Position numbers and translations under genes: made by a program
Notes under the pieces: generated by a model
What the model saw: the letters and a program-made list of their open reading frames with translations, nothing else
What the model was told of the DNA's origin: nothing
Database searches by the model: none
Shown: piece by piece, positions 1-9,896 of the stretch
How positions within the stretch are numbered: the stretch's first letter is position 1
Layout: each line of letters opens with the position of its first letter
Assembly: GCA_964420575.1 (NCBI GenBank)
Contig: CAYQTU010000002.1
Location: 18,534-82,533, forward strand
Length of the DNA stretch: 64,000 nucleotides
Source: an uncultured bacterium
GTDB taxonomy: Bacteria; Omnitrophota; Omnitrophia; Omnitrophales; Aquincolibacteriaceae
Direction of reading: 5' to 3'

Positions 1-248
1 ATATTCTTTGCACAGATCTGACCATGCCAAAGATGCATGGCGATGAGTTCATCAAAATATTAAAAGCTTCACCTGAATACTCTTCAATCAAAATTTACAT
101 TGGCACAACTGGGGATCATTATGCGAATAATCGATTCCTTGCGGTGGGTGTGCGAGAAGTAATAAACAAGCCATTTGATCTCACGGGGCTTACTCTTGCG
201 ATGAGGCGATGGGCAGCCTGGGCAAATGAATTAAAGGAGACTAAGTAA
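1..248 (+). CDS. response regulator receiver domain protein, 5'-truncated by window edge
   Basis: In-frame translation from nt 3 reads ILCTDLTMPKMHGDEF..., closely paralleling the second receiver domain of the 6296..7093 protein (VLCTDLKMQEIDGDEL... KPVNLTDFLAALQRW); stop at 246-248. Confidence 0.7.
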   Translation, partial: ILCTDLTMPKMHGDEFIKILKASPEYSSIKIYIGTTGDHYANNRFLAVGVREVINKPFDLTGLTLAMRRWAAWANELKETK

Positions 249-251
249 AGA

Positions 252-644
252 ATGCCAGAAGCAGAGATCAAAAAATTACTGATCGTAGAAGATGATCCAG
301 GCGTGCTTGAAATGACCAGCGATCATTTCAAAGGAAAAGGATATGTGGTTCTGACCGCGAATAATGTCGAAGAGGGTTGGCGGACAGCTTATCGAGAGAG
401 GCCAGATGGCGTTTTGCTCGATTACAACTTACCCGATCATACTGGTGAAGAATTACTCAAACGGATAAAGAAAAATCTACCTCATATCCAAGTCGTTATT
501 ATTTCAGCCTGCGATGATGAGAAGATTAAAGAACAGCTCATGAAATCGGGGGCTGCTGCTTTTTTTGAAAAAGGTGATTGTTCAATTTCTAATGTGGAAA
601 AAAATATTAAAAAGTTGTTAGATGAGGCGGGAAAGATTAAATGA
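252..644 (+). CDS. CheY-like response regulator receiver (stand-alone)
   Basis: LLIVEDDPGVLE... acidic pocket, LLDYNLPDHTGEEL phosphoacceptor region, conserved K near C-terminus; 130 aa with no output domain. Confidence 0.85.
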   Translation: MPEAEIKKLLIVEDDPGVLEMTSDHFKGKGYVVLTANNVEEGWRTAYRERPDGVLLDYNLPDHTGEELLKRIKKNLPHIQVVIISACDDEKIKEQLMKSGAAAFFEKGDCSISNVEKNIKKLLDEAGKIK

Positions 645-1084
645 ATATAGTGTCATGCGACCATTGCCGGGATACGGAATATGTATTGGAATACCCGCTC
701 GAAAATACCTTACTCCAAAATGGCATCCACATGACCGATATTCCTCCGGATATTTTCAAAAAAATTCCTGTCGAATTACTACGCTACTGCCATTGTAATG
801 TTAGGATCCTTTTTTTCCCTCGCCAGATTAAAGCGATACATTGTTCAGGATGCGAAGACACGACGTGGCAGTTTTCTGAAAAAGCGAAACAAAAAGGATA
901 TTATTCGAAAAAGGTTCGAGATTTAAGCAGGAATGATCTTAAAAGTCTTCCCTGTGATTATTTTGAGCGTTGCCCATGCACAATTGATGAGCAAGGTTTC
1001 CGAGGGACAAAGCGTAAAAAAGCATTAAATGAGATTTTTGAATCTTTGAAGATCAGAATACCCAGATTCGGGTTTGGATTTTAA
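641..1084 (+). CDS. hypothetical Cys-rich protein
   Basis: 147-aa ORF overlapping upstream stop (ATGA); multiple CxxC/HC motifs; no recognisable family. Confidence 0.5.
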   Translation: MNIVSCDHCRDTEYVLEYPLENTLLQNGIHMTDIPPDIFKKIPVELLRYCHCNVRILFFPRQIKAIHCSGCEDTTWQFSEKAKQKGYYSKKVRDLSRNDLKSLPCDYFERCPCTIDEQGFRGTKRKKALNEIFESLKIRIPRFGFGF

Positions 1085-1164
1085 AGATTTATAGGCGTTA
1101 AAAGTGAAGCGTATCAGCCGATAATTTAGAGAGGTTAACTTTAAAAAGGTGGTCCATCGGCCGG

Positions 1165-1404
1165 ATGGAAAACATCGAGGAACAGGTAATAAAGATCATT
1201 GCGAGTCAACTTGAGCTACCTATCGAGAAAGTCAAACTCGAATCTCGTTTTGTGGAAGATTTAGGGATGGACAGCTTAGATAGCGTGGAGATCGTTATTG
1301 CTCTGGAAGAGTCATTTGGACGCCAAATTCCAGACATTGAAATTGAGAGGATGAAGCGAGTTGGCGATATGGTGAAATACCTGAAGCTACATCCCGAATC
1401 ATAA
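1165..1404 (+). CDS. acyl carrier protein
   Basis: 79 aa; canonical ACP phosphopantetheine attachment motif LGMDSLDSVEIVIALEESF; RBS AAAAGGTGG upstream. Confidence 0.85.
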   Translation: MENIEEQVIKIIASQLELPIEKVKLESRFVEDLGMDSLDSVEIVIALEESFGRQIPDIEIERMKRVGDMVKYLKLHPES

Positions 1405-1418
1405 AGGAAATCCGACCG

Positions 1419-1835
1419 ATGGAACAGAATCGTAAAGAACCAATCAAGATACTTTTTGTAGATGATGAAAGTGAAATTACAGAATTCCTCAATGATTTTT
1501 TTAGAGACAAAGGATATAAGCCTTATGTTGCCGGCACGGGTGAAAAAGCTATCGAACTTGTACATACGCAAAATCCAAACGTTGTTCTGCTTGATATACG
1601 GTTAACAGGGAGTCCAGGAAAAAATGACGGCATCGAACTGCTCAACGAAATAAAACAGTATGATGCCAAAATTAAAGTGATTATGGTTACCGGAGTCGAA
1701 GATTCATTCATTATAAACAAGGCTATGGAACTTGGGGCAAGCGATTATATTACTAAGCCGCTAAGCCTAGATTATCTCGAGAATACAGTAATCGCTAAAG
1801 TTCAAGAAGCTCTTTCGTCAAAACCGATCGCCTAG
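1419..1835 (+). CDS. CheY-like response regulator receiver (stand-alone)
   Basis: ILFVDDESEI..., VLLDIRL phospho-Asp region, MVTG...KP; 138 aa. Confidence 0.85.
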   Translation: MEQNRKEPIKILFVDDESEITEFLNDFFRDKGYKPYVAGTGEKAIELVHTQNPNVVLLDIRLTGSPGKNDGIELLNEIKQYDAKIKVIMVTGVEDSFIINKAMELGASDYITKPLSLDYLENTVIAKVQEALSSKPIA

Positions 1836-1857
1836 TTATAAAATTTTTAGATATGAA

Positions 1858-2085
1858 TTGGTAAAATTTGGTAGAAATACTATGACGAGTCCATGGTTTA
1901 CTATCGGACAAATTGCAAAGCATCTTCAAGTTTCGCGTGAGAAGATATACATCCTATGCCGGCAAGGGAAAATGCCTGCCTTCAAAGTTGGAGGCCAATG
2001 GCGTTTTGACGTGGAAGAAATTGATGCTTGGGTTAGACAATCAAGACAAAAGCAAAAAAGAAGCCATAACCTTAAAAGGAAATAA
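1858..2085 (+). CDS. excisionase/MerR-family helix-turn-helix DNA-binding protein
   Basis: TIGQIAKHLQVSREKIYILCRQGKMPAFKVGGQWRFDVEEIDAWV matches excisionase-type HTH (HTH_17-like) pattern. Confidence 0.6.
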   Translation: MVKFGRNTMTSPWFTIGQIAKHLQVSREKIYILCRQGKMPAFKVGGQWRFDVEEIDAWVRQSRQKQKRSHNLKRK

Positions 2086-2469
2086 TTGATGGTTAAAAAA
2101 AAGAAAATTCTTGTGATTGACGACGAAGAAATACTGACTCGAACATTTGTGAAGTTGTTGGAAAAAAGTGGCTATGATGCGTTTTTTGTTAAAACAGGTG
2201 ACGACGCTATCGAGATCTTTAAAGAAGTGGATTTTGATCTGATAATTTGTGATATGAGAATGCCGGGTATGAATGGATGTGAAACCTTAAAAGGCATTCG
2301 ATCAATGTTAAAAGAACAAAATAAAAAATATCCGCCAGAAATAGTGGTGACGGGTTATGCAGATGAAGATCTAGAACGGCAAGTTAAAGAATTACATCCC
2401 GCCGTTTATATGCATAAACCCTTCGATATTAACGAGCTTCTGAATCACGTTAAAAGGTTTATTTTATGA
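2086..2469 (+). CDS. CheY-like response regulator receiver (stand-alone)
   Basis: ILVIDDEEIL..., LIICDMRMPGMNG, HKPFDINEL; 127 aa. Confidence 0.85.
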   Translation: MMVKKKKILVIDDEEILTRTFVKLLEKSGYDAFFVKTGDDAIEIFKEVDFDLIICDMRMPGMNGCETLKGIRSMLKEQNKKYPPEIVVTGYADEDLERQVKELHPAVYMHKPFDINELLNHVKRFIL

Positions 2470-3455
2470 AATTTCTGGGCATTGTGCATTCATACGAAAA
2501 AGAAATTGATTTGTTAAAAAAGGCTATTGATAAGGAACAAGGCAATTGGTCCGCATATCAGCAGAAGGTTAATCAAATAATAAATTCAGTATTTGGTCTT
2601 TGTTGGGAATTTGAACGGCAGCATGCTGACAATGAAACGAAACTATACAAATTAAAACGATTGTTTAATAAGAATTTTATGCATTATTTCAGGCTCGGTC
2701 GATTGGGCAAGATGGTCATTGACAAGCCGTATGGCTATCATGGCGATTTTTATATTATTGATGAAATTTATAGAAATAAGGCCGCAACGTCGGGATTGGA
2801 AAGATGCCTAGATAATTATTTTCTTGAAACACCGGCATCTATCGCGACAAGAAACCGAAAGGAAGATTTTAAATCATACTTGAAAGAAATTATTGATAGC
2901 ACATCTTCAAACGAAATTCGCATAATGGATCTTGCGTCTGGTCCATGTCGCGATATCAAAGAATTGCTTGAAGAATATAAATCGGTTAGCGTTCCTATAA
3001 TCTTTGATTGTGTTGATCATGATCCTAATGCGATTGATTACGGCAAAAAAATATTAAGTGCTATCGACGCTAATGGAACCTCAATTAACTTTATTCAAAA
3101 AAATGCTATGAGGGTTGCTTTAACTAAATCAATCGAAAATTATTTTTGTTATAAATATGACGTAATTTTTTCTACGGGATTATTCGATTATCTCGATGAG
3201 CGTATTGCCACCCCTTTAATAAGAAATTTAAGAAAGATTCTAAAAAAAAATGGATTGCTCATAATTTCAAACTATCGGGACAAATGGGCTAATCCCTCTC
3301 GGCATTATATGGAATGGGGAGGCGGGTGGGAATTAATCTATCGAACAGAAGAACAATTTATTCAGTTATTTAAAGACGCTGGATTTAAGAATAATGAGTT
3401 ATCTTTAAAGTATGAACCTCAAAAAATAATGCAATATCGATTCGCAAGGAATTAA
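2466..3455 (+). CDS. class I SAM-dependent methyltransferase-like protein
   Basis: Motif I-like IRIMDLASGPCRDIKEL followed by acidic-loop FDCVDHD and motif IV-like DVIFSTGLFDYL; gene overlaps the histidine kinase gene start region (operonic). Confidence 0.5.
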   Translation: MKFLGIVHSYEKEIDLLKKAIDKEQGNWSAYQQKVNQIINSVFGLCWEFERQHADNETKLYKLKRLFNKNFMHYFRLGRLGKMVIDKPYGYHGDFYIIDEIYRNKAATSGLERCLDNYFLETPASIATRNRKEDFKSYLKEIIDSTSSNEIRIMDLASGPCRDIKELLEEYKSVSVPIIFDCVDHDPNAIDYGKKILSAIDANGTSINFIQKNAMRVALTKSIENYFCYKYDVIFSTGLFDYLDERIATPLIRNLRKILKKNGLLIISNYRDKWANPSRHYMEWGGGWELIYRTEEQFIQLFKDAGFKNNELSLKYEPQKIMQYRFARN

Positions 3456-3457
3456 AT

Positions 3458-5785
3458 TTGACCCCCGCGCAACATTATTTCACATCCGCGCTTATCACAG
3501 CTTTGGCCGCGTTCATTTTCGCGATATTTGTTTTTAAAAATTCACCAAATAGAAAATTGGCACATCATTTTATTTGGTATGCGCTCTGTATATCTCACTG
3601 GAGTTTTTTTGTTTTTGCTTGCACTTCTGTGTCAAACCATAAGCTTTCATACTTGTTGGCGCAAATATGTCATTTTATCGGCGTTTTTATACCCGTGGCT
3701 TTTTTACATTTTGTATATGTCCTAATGAATGATGAATCAAAAATTTTACGGCGAATTATAAAAATCTCATACGTAATTGTTGGATTGATATCATTGTGTA
3801 TTCTTATCAGGCCGCAACTTTTTATTACTGATGTTGTTCCAAAGCTAACGTTCTCATTTTTCCCAAATCCTGGACCACTATTCTATCTATGGACGGCTTT
3901 GTTTGTACTGCTTGTTCTGGTCGCTTTGATAGCCTTGTTTTTAGAAGCGAAAACAAAAAGCGGTGGCGAAAAGAAAAGAATATTATTTTTTTTAATCGCA
4001 AACTCACTTGGCTATCTAGGAGGAATCGGTTGTTTTTTTCCAGTTTATAACATTAGCGCGTTTCCGTTCCCCTACGGTATTTGGGGAGTGTTTTTTTTCG
4101 TCTGTGTTACTTTTTATGCCGTCCTCCGCTATCAGTTCATTGATGTTGAAATTATCGTCAAGAAGACATTGATTTTTGCTGGAGTGTTTTCTTTTATATT
4201 TGGGGTTCTTGCATTCGTACTCTTTTTTGCCATAGACATTTTGCAGCAACGCTTTGGAGGATCGCTGCGTTGGTGGTTGTTAGCAGTAACCACAGGTATT
4301 GTGGTATTTACAAGCAGAAAAGTAGAATTATTTCTTGTGGATGCGACTGACAAATATTTGTTTCAAAAAAAGTTTGATTATCGAAAAATTTTGAAGCATG
4401 CCAGTGATGGACTTTCGAGAGTCAATAGTCTGAAATACCAATTGGAGCTAGTAACTCACTTTTTGACATTGCGAACTCGAATAAGATCAGCAGCCATTTA
4501 TATCAGGGAAAATGGTGCGCCTGATTTTGTTCTTAAATCCTCTCGTTGCTTTGAAGGGGCGACATCATTTCCGACTCAACTATCCTTCGATTCCCAAATT
4601 ATTATGTATCTTAAAAAGGAAAGAACTAAACCATTTCTTGAACGATATGACATCGAGAATCAGAGCCGTAAGTATCAAAAAAACAGCTCCATGTTTCGCT
4701 ATGATTTGCTCGAGTTGAGAGATGAGATGCACAAGCTAAATGCCTATTTGGTTATTCCCAGTTTTTATCAAGATGAGTTGCAGGGTGTCCTCGTGCTTGG
4801 CGAGAAGCGTTCTGAAGAACCTTATAATGAGGAAGACATTAACCTCTTCCAGACGATCGCACAGGAGTCTGCGATTGCATTTGAGAATGCCCGCAAGCAC
4901 GATAAGTTAGTCGAACAGCATGAAGAAATGAAGCGCATTAACGAGGAACTCAGAAGAACACAGGAGGAAGTCATCCAGGCTAAGGAGGCCGCTGCGGTGG
5001 CTGCCATTTCAGCAGGCATTAGTCATGAGGTAAATAACGCTATTGTTGGTTTAACTGGCGCTATTGCAGAAATCAAGACCGTTTTCAATGGCGTTCGTAA
5101 AAGTATGATCGAATGGTTCCGATCCGGAGAAGCTGTGCCTGAGCGTCAGAAATACGACATCTTCATGAATTTAAAGTTAGCGACCGAGCATTTGACCTAC
5201 GCCAAAAACGCTAGTCACTATATCGAAGATGTCGTTCAAACTTTGAGTCAGATCGCTAAAGGCAAGAACGCGAAAATGACCAGGATTTCGCCCCGTATCT
5301 TTCTTAAAAATGCTGTCAGCGCGAGCATTCTTAGAACCTATGGGGACCGTGTGCGTAGCGAGGCTCTTGAAAATCCTCCCGAGCTTGATATGGAGAAGGA
5401 TATTCCTGCCATTAAAGGGCATACGGCTCTTCTCGATTCTGTATTTGTGAATCTCTTTAAAAATGCCATCTATGCCATGAAAGGTATTTCGCCCAAGAAA
5501 ATTAAAATTACCGCCATGGCCGATCCAGATGATAAAAGTATGGTTCGCATTGAATTTTCGGATAATGGCTGCGGAATCCCGCCGGAAGTGCTTCCAAAAA
5601 TATTCGATTATGGAGTCACTACCAAAGGAGAGCATGGTGAGGGGAAAGGCCTTTATAATGTTAAAATGATTATCGAGGAGCAGCACAAGGGAAAGATCGA
5701 TGTTCAAAGCGAAGTTGGGAAGGGTACGACATTTATTATTAGACTTCCTGTTTGGCAGGATGAGGAAGAGGACGAGGAAGAATGA
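3458..5785 (+). CDS. sensor histidine kinase, polytopic membrane N-terminus + GAF-like + HisKA + HATPase_c
   Basis: About 8 hydrophobic helices in aa 1-300; GAF-like region; H-box AISAGISHEVNNAIVGLTG; ATP-lid FSDNGCGIP...GEGKGLY...GKGTTFIIRLP; start codon TTG at 3458 per ORF track. Confidence 0.85.
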   Translation: MTPAQHYFTSALITALAAFIFAIFVFKNSPNRKLAHHFIWYALCISHWSFFVFACTSVSNHKLSYLLAQICHFIGVFIPVAFLHFVYVLMNDESKILRRIIKISYVIVGLISLCILIRPQLFITDVVPKLTFSFFPNPGPLFYLWTALFVLLVLVALIALFLEAKTKSGGEKKRILFFLIANSLGYLGGIGCFFPVYNISAFPFPYGIWGVFFFVCVTFYAVLRYQFIDVEIIVKKTLIFAGVFSFIFGVLAFVLFFAIDILQQRFGGSLRWWLLAVTTGIVVFTSRKVELFLVDATDKYLFQKKFDYRKILKHASDGLSRVNSLKYQLELVTHFLTLRTRIRSAAIYIRENGAPDFVLKSSRCFEGATSFPTQLSFDSQIIMYLKKERTKPFLERYDIENQSRKYQKNSSMFRYDLLELRDEMHKLNAYLVIPSFYQDELQGVLVLGEKRSEEPYNEEDINLFQTIAQESAIAFENARKHDKLVEQHEEMKRINEELRRTQEEVIQAKEAAAVAAISAGISHEVNNAIVGLTGAIAEIKTVFNGVRKSMIEWFRSGEAVPERQKYDIFMNLKLATEHLTYAKNASHYIEDVVQTLSQIAKGKNAKMTRISPRIFLKNAVSASILRTYGDRVRSEALENPPELDMEKDIPAIKGHTALLDSVFVNLFKNAIYAMKGISPKKIKITAMADPDDKSMVRIEFSDNGCGIPPEVLPKIFDYGVTTKGEHGEGKGLYNVKMIIEEQHKGKIDVQSEVGKGTTFIIRLPVWQDEEEDEEE

Positions 5786-6294
5786 TCCGGCAATTAATGG
5801 TGCTTGATAAGACGGGCGATATGGTTAAACACATCACTAAAGTGTTTACAGGGTTTATTCGAGGTTATCAAGTATTTCATGTTACCGATACCGATGAAGC
5901 GATCGCCCTAGCAAAGAAGCAGATGATAGACGTAGTCATCGTCAACGGTGAGGCATCTTTATCGGCGGATGCCATGAAAGTTCTAAAAGACAAGATCTAT
6001 CCTAAACCTAAAATTGTGTTATTGCTAGAACCAAACTTACTTGATACCCTTCCGGGGCTTGAAGGCAAGGCCGATTGTGTTATTAATTCTTCCAATTTTC
6101 GATCTTCTAAATTGCGGCGCACTATTATTGATTTGGCGCACAAGAAGTACATGGAAGAATACGAGCGTGAAAAAAAGGAGATCGTTGATCAAAAACATCA
6201 AGCCCAAATTGTCGAGCAAGAATTCGATGCAATTTGCGAGGAATTGAAGCAAAAATACGGGGATAAGCCGAAGGATTCGGAAGAGGAGAAATAA
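5782..6294 (+). CDS. degenerate receiver-like domain protein (phosphoacceptor Asp replaced by Asn) with C-terminal coiled-coil
   Basis: Receiver-like fold (LMVLDKTGDM...IDVVIVNGE...KPKIVLLLEP) but the beta3 position reads VIVNGE rather than D; overlaps HK stop (ATGA). Confidence 0.55.
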   Translation: MIRQLMVLDKTGDMVKHITKVFTGFIRGYQVFHVTDTDEAIALAKKQMIDVVIVNGEASLSADAMKVLKDKIYPKPKIVLLLEPNLLDTLPGLEGKADCVINSSNFRSSKLRRTIIDLAHKKYMEEYEREKKEIVDQKHQAQIVEQEFDAICEELKQKYGDKPKDSEEEK

Positions 6295-6295
6295 A

Positions 6296-7093
6296 ATGGG
6301 GAAAGAAAACGCGTATTCCGTACTGCTTTTGGATGATGAGATCATGGTTATTCGTCCTCTTGAAAGAGCGCTTAAAGCTAAAGGCTTTATCGTTTGGGGA
6401 ACCACGGATACGGAAGAAGCGGTTCATCTTGTTGAAGGGCACCGACCGAGCGTAGCGTGTATCGATCTTCATATGCCAAAAGTGAACGGTATTGAAGTGA
6501 TCAAAAAAATGCGGCAAATCATGCCCGACATTCGCATAGTTGTTGTTACGGGACATTTGGCAGAATTCCAAGAGGCGGTAGGAAGCCTTAATCTGCGAGT
6601 TGTTGAAAAAACTTCCCGCGTTGCACGAGAACTCGAAGCGGTCATTGCTGAGGAGCTGGAGCTTTCAAGGAAGGATCTTGATGGTCTCAAGACCCGCGAA
6701 AAGGTCAAGACCAAGCTCAGAGTTCTTTTTGTCGATGATGAAGCGGAGCAAGCCGATTTTAGTTGCGAAATAGTTACCTCTAGCGGCGCTGAGGCAGAAG
6801 CCGCGCACTCCCCGGAAGAAGCTATGGAGAAGATTCGGAATTTTAAACCAAACGTTCTGTGCACTGATCTTAAAATGCAGGAGATAGACGGCGACGAGCT
6901 GATTCGCAGGGCAAAAGCGTCCCCCGATAATTCCTGTATTAAATTGTATGTGGGGATGACCGGATTCTTTCACGAAAAAGAACGTTTATTGAATGCCGGT
7001 GCTGCCGAAGTGTTAACAAAGCCTGTCAATCTCACGGATTTCCTTGCCGCTCTCCAGAGGTGGGAAGAATTGATCGCCGGCCGTTCAAAATAA
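6296..7093 (+). CDS. tandem double receiver domain response regulator
   Basis: Two REC domains: VLLLDDEIMV...ACIDLHMPKVNG...VVVTGH and VLFVDDEAEQ...LCTDLKMQEIDGDEL...TKP. Confidence 0.85.
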   Translation: MGKENAYSVLLLDDEIMVIRPLERALKAKGFIVWGTTDTEEAVHLVEGHRPSVACIDLHMPKVNGIEVIKKMRQIMPDIRIVVVTGHLAEFQEAVGSLNLRVVEKTSRVARELEAVIAEELELSRKDLDGLKTREKVKTKLRVLFVDDEAEQADFSCEIVTSSGAEAEAAHSPEEAMEKIRNFKPNVLCTDLKMQEIDGDELIRRAKASPDNSCIKLYVGMTGFFHEKERLLNAGAAEVLTKPVNLTDFLAALQRWEELIAGRSK

Positions 7094-8479
7094 AGACGGA
7101 TTTGTAACGAGGAAAAAGTTAGTAGGTTCCGCAGGCGAGTAATTCCTGAACGAATAGCCAAGCGACATATCGCAGTAGATGGTATCTTCCCGGTCGATAT
7201 CCGGGTAATTGTGCCGCTCTCCAAGCTGGGCCCCAATTTTTCCATTCATTCCTTTGACAAGTAAATACCCGGGATTTTTTCCTTCCCATATCTTTTCTTT
7301 CAGCGGCGTGCTTCCTACGGTTGCTCCCTGTGGCATTGAATGAGTGCCCATGTTGGCTTGCCCCATAAAGAAACGCTGTTTTTCCAATCCGATTTTAAGC
7401 CAGGGATAAAAAGTCATTCCGAACCTGGCGCTATAATCATAAATCCCGCGCTCCGATCCTTTTGTGATCTGTGCATTCAGGCCGGAATTGAATGGTTCAC
7501 CGCGGAAGAACTGATCCATCGAGACCCCTACGCATTCGGCCAGACGTTCGAGTTTATCGATGGGGAAATTAAGGACCATCCCTTTCATGACTCTATCCAA
7601 ATCTCTCGGCGGAAGACCCGCTAGGAGCGCCACCTCACTCAATGGGATGGGCTTCTCGGGATCCGGCGATAACCAGATGCGAACCTGTTCAATGAGTGCG
7701 GGAATATCGAGATTCTCGCTTGTGAATCGTTTTGAACGGGGCATTTTTTTATCGTAGGCCAATACCGCTGTTGGGCTAAAACTTATAAGGATTTCCGCTT
7801 CGCGGTCTTTAGAAAGATTGACGATCGAATGTTCAACGCCTCCATTAAAAAGCACCGGCTGTCCGGCCATAATTTCTTCCGTTTCATTTTCCTCCGATAA
7901 AATTTTGATTCGTCCATTCATGTTCGCAAGATGAATGGTTATTGGTTTCGGAAGTTTTAAGCCAGTTATCGTTTTCCCCGGGGCGATCAGGAATGATGCC
8001 GCGAAAAAGTCCACCAGACTTTCAACCGGTGGGGTATGGACAATCACCCGGAAATCCGGCGATTCGGTATTTGGGTATTTGAAAAGCGTTTGTAAGTGTA
8101 AAAAAACACCATGCTTTGCATAGTCTTTTACTTCTTTTTCCGGAGGCATTGCCGCTTTCGTGATAAAAAAGTTGCCATAAAATTCTTCCCGCGCCATCTG
8201 AAAAAAATCATCAAGATTTGTATCTACCGCATGGGCCAGTTGCTTCACTTTTTGGGGGGTTGTAGTGAGCTGATGTGATGCACTCATTCGGATAATCGAC
8301 CCTTCCGAGATCCCAGTTTTCGTGGCGATTTGGATGTATTTGATTCGCTTTTGCCGGCTGATCGCCCAAAGCGCTCTTCCCACGGAAAATGTCTTTTGCC
8401 GCGGGAGCCGCGGGTTTTTTCTGAAGAATTCCTTTTGATAGTCCTTCCAGATCCTCGAGTACATACCTTTACTATACAT
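7085..8479 (-). CDS. XRE-family HTH / cupin-domain transcriptional regulator
   Basis: N-terminal HTH (IKYIQIATKTGISEGSIIRMSASHQ), central cupin-like beta region (GRIKILSEENETEEIMAGQPVLFNGGVEHSIVNL), second HTH-like segment (PLSEVALLAGLPPRDLDRVM); only long minus-strand ORF in this region. Confidence 0.7.
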   Translation of the reverse strand: MYSKGMYSRIWKDYQKEFFRKNPRLPRQKTFSVGRALWAISRQKRIKYIQIATKTGISEGSIIRMSASHQLTTTPQKVKQLAHAVDTNLDDFFQMAREEFYGNFFITKAAMPPEKEVKDYAKHGVFLHLQTLFKYPNTESPDFRVIVHTPPVESLVDFFAASFLIAPGKTITGLKLPKPITIHLANMNGRIKILSEENETEEIMAGQPVLFNGGVEHSIVNLSKDREAEILISFSPTAVLAYDKKMPRSKRFTSENLDIPALIEQVRIWLSPDPEKPIPLSEVALLAGLPPRDLDRVMKGMVLNFPIDKLERLAECVGVSMDQFFRGEPFNSGLNAQITKGSERGIYDYSARFGMTFYPWLKIGLEKQRFFMGQANMGTHSMPQGATVGSTPLKEKIWEGKNPGYLLVKGMNGKIGAQLGERHNYPDIDREDTIYCDMSLGYSFRNYSPAEPTNFFLVTNPSLF

Positions 8480-8585
8480 GATAAATTCTTAAATTGCAAT
8501 TTAGAGTGATAAATCAGCGTATATATTCAAGGGCCCAATTATTTGACTAACGCAAACTGATCGAGCATAGTTAGGTTAGAAGGAG

Positions 8586-9077
8586 GTGATGAAAATGGAG
8601 ATAACGGAAGCGAAACAAGGAGAAGCTGGAGTGGGAGAAAGCCATCGTATAAAGTCATATATTAGTCATAATTCTCGTATTTATGGCGGTGGCTTATTTA
8701 AACCCTTAGCAACGGCTAACAAGAAGATGGAAGATTTAGCTCATAGAGCGGCCATCATGAAAGCGTGGTTCGATAACCGGATGTGCTTAATTCTCATGCT
8801 TATTGAAATTCCGCGCTTCAAGGATCTGCGTACGATGCTGAAAAACGAGATGTTCCTGGAAGACATTGAACGTCATTTTATCGAATCGGGTGCTGCTGCC
8901 TATTTCCGGAACGCGTTTCGATATTTGCGGTGTTATTTTGGAGCTTATCCATGCGTAAAAAGACGTCAATCGGAAAAGGCCATTGAAATGATTGGACGGA
9001 TTTATCACGCCATGGGTTATGAGTTCCATTATTCGACCGGTCGCAGGCCGGTCCTAGCGCAAGCGCTTATTGCTTAA
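8586..9077 (+). CDS. hypothetical protein
   Basis: 163-aa ORF with RBS-like GGAGGTGA upstream; no family recognised. Confidence 0.5.
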   Translation: MMKMEITEAKQGEAGVGESHRIKSYISHNSRIYGGGLFKPLATANKKMEDLAHRAAIMKAWFDNRMCLILMLIEIPRFKDLRTMLKNEMFLEDIERHFIESGAAAYFRNAFRYLRCYFGAYPCVKRRQSEKAIEMIGRIYHAMGYEFHYSTGRRPVLAQALIA

Positions 9078-9256
9078 AACTTTAAAGCCGGCTTACTGCC
9101 GGCAGAAAAGGAGAATACAAGATGAACGGTAAATCGAAAAATAAACGGAAAGGATCCTTGATGTGGCACGTGGCCCTTCGTTACCGTTGGCTGCGCCGGA
9201 ACTGGAGTTATGTGCAGAGGATCATGTCAACGGAGCGCGAGATCGGAGGCGAGCTT

Positions 9257-9707
9257 CATGCGTGTTAATCAAGCGGACTTAACTTCTGATAAGCCCGTAT
9301 GGAGGAAAGATTTTTTAACCGTCGAATGGAACGGCCGGACTTTTCCCATCATGAGTTTTTACATGATCCACAAGGTCACCAAGCAGTTTTTGAATATCCT
9401 TGAATCGGATCAAGAAAGCAATGAAGACGAGAAAGTCCGGAGCTTCACTCCTCTCATGAATTGGTATCAGAATTTAAGTCAGTCTGTTCAGAATCTTTTT
9501 GCATCCGAGCTTTGGTGCGAATCCTTTAATGCGTGGCTTGCGATGCAGCGCTGGTGGTGGGAGGACGATGAGGTGAGTCGGTATGAAGCGATCCTGAAGT
9601 ACCACAAATTACGTCTTATTCTCAATCTTGATGAGCTTTTTGCGGGGCGCGCTGTAGCGGAAGAAGTGAAACAAGAAGGAGTTCGGAGTTTAGCAGTAAG
9701 TCGATAA
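9257..9707 (+). CDS. hypothetical protein
   Basis: ATG at 9257 preceded by GGAGG (9244-9248); in-frame with ORF-track 9210 start; Trp-rich C-terminal half. Confidence 0.5.
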
Positions 9708-9811
9708 ATCCCTGAATAGGGATCCGCCAGGATACTGGCGGAGGCAAACCCGCCGAAAGGCGGGGACGCAAAACCACGGATCTAAATCTTCCTTAAGGGG
9801 GATAAGATGGC

Positions 9812-9853
9812 CGGGTTACCGATGAGAAAAACGGTAACCCGGTTTTTTATTTG
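9812..9853 (+). terminator. rho-independent terminator
   Basis: CCGGGTTACCG-loop-CGGTAACCCGG 11-bp stem followed by TTTTTTATTT. Confidence 0.7.
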
Positions 9854-9896
9854 AACGGGAAATCGGAAAAATGAATGGGAGAGGACCCTTTTTAAA

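Noticed and set aside
5177-5707. Minus-strand 176-aa ORF
   Set aside because: Antisense to the HATPase_c domain of the histidine kinase.
9719-9783. Possible tRNA
   Set aside because: Hairpins lack a 7-bp acceptor stem, T-loop GTTC and anticodon-arm geometry; length ~64 nt.
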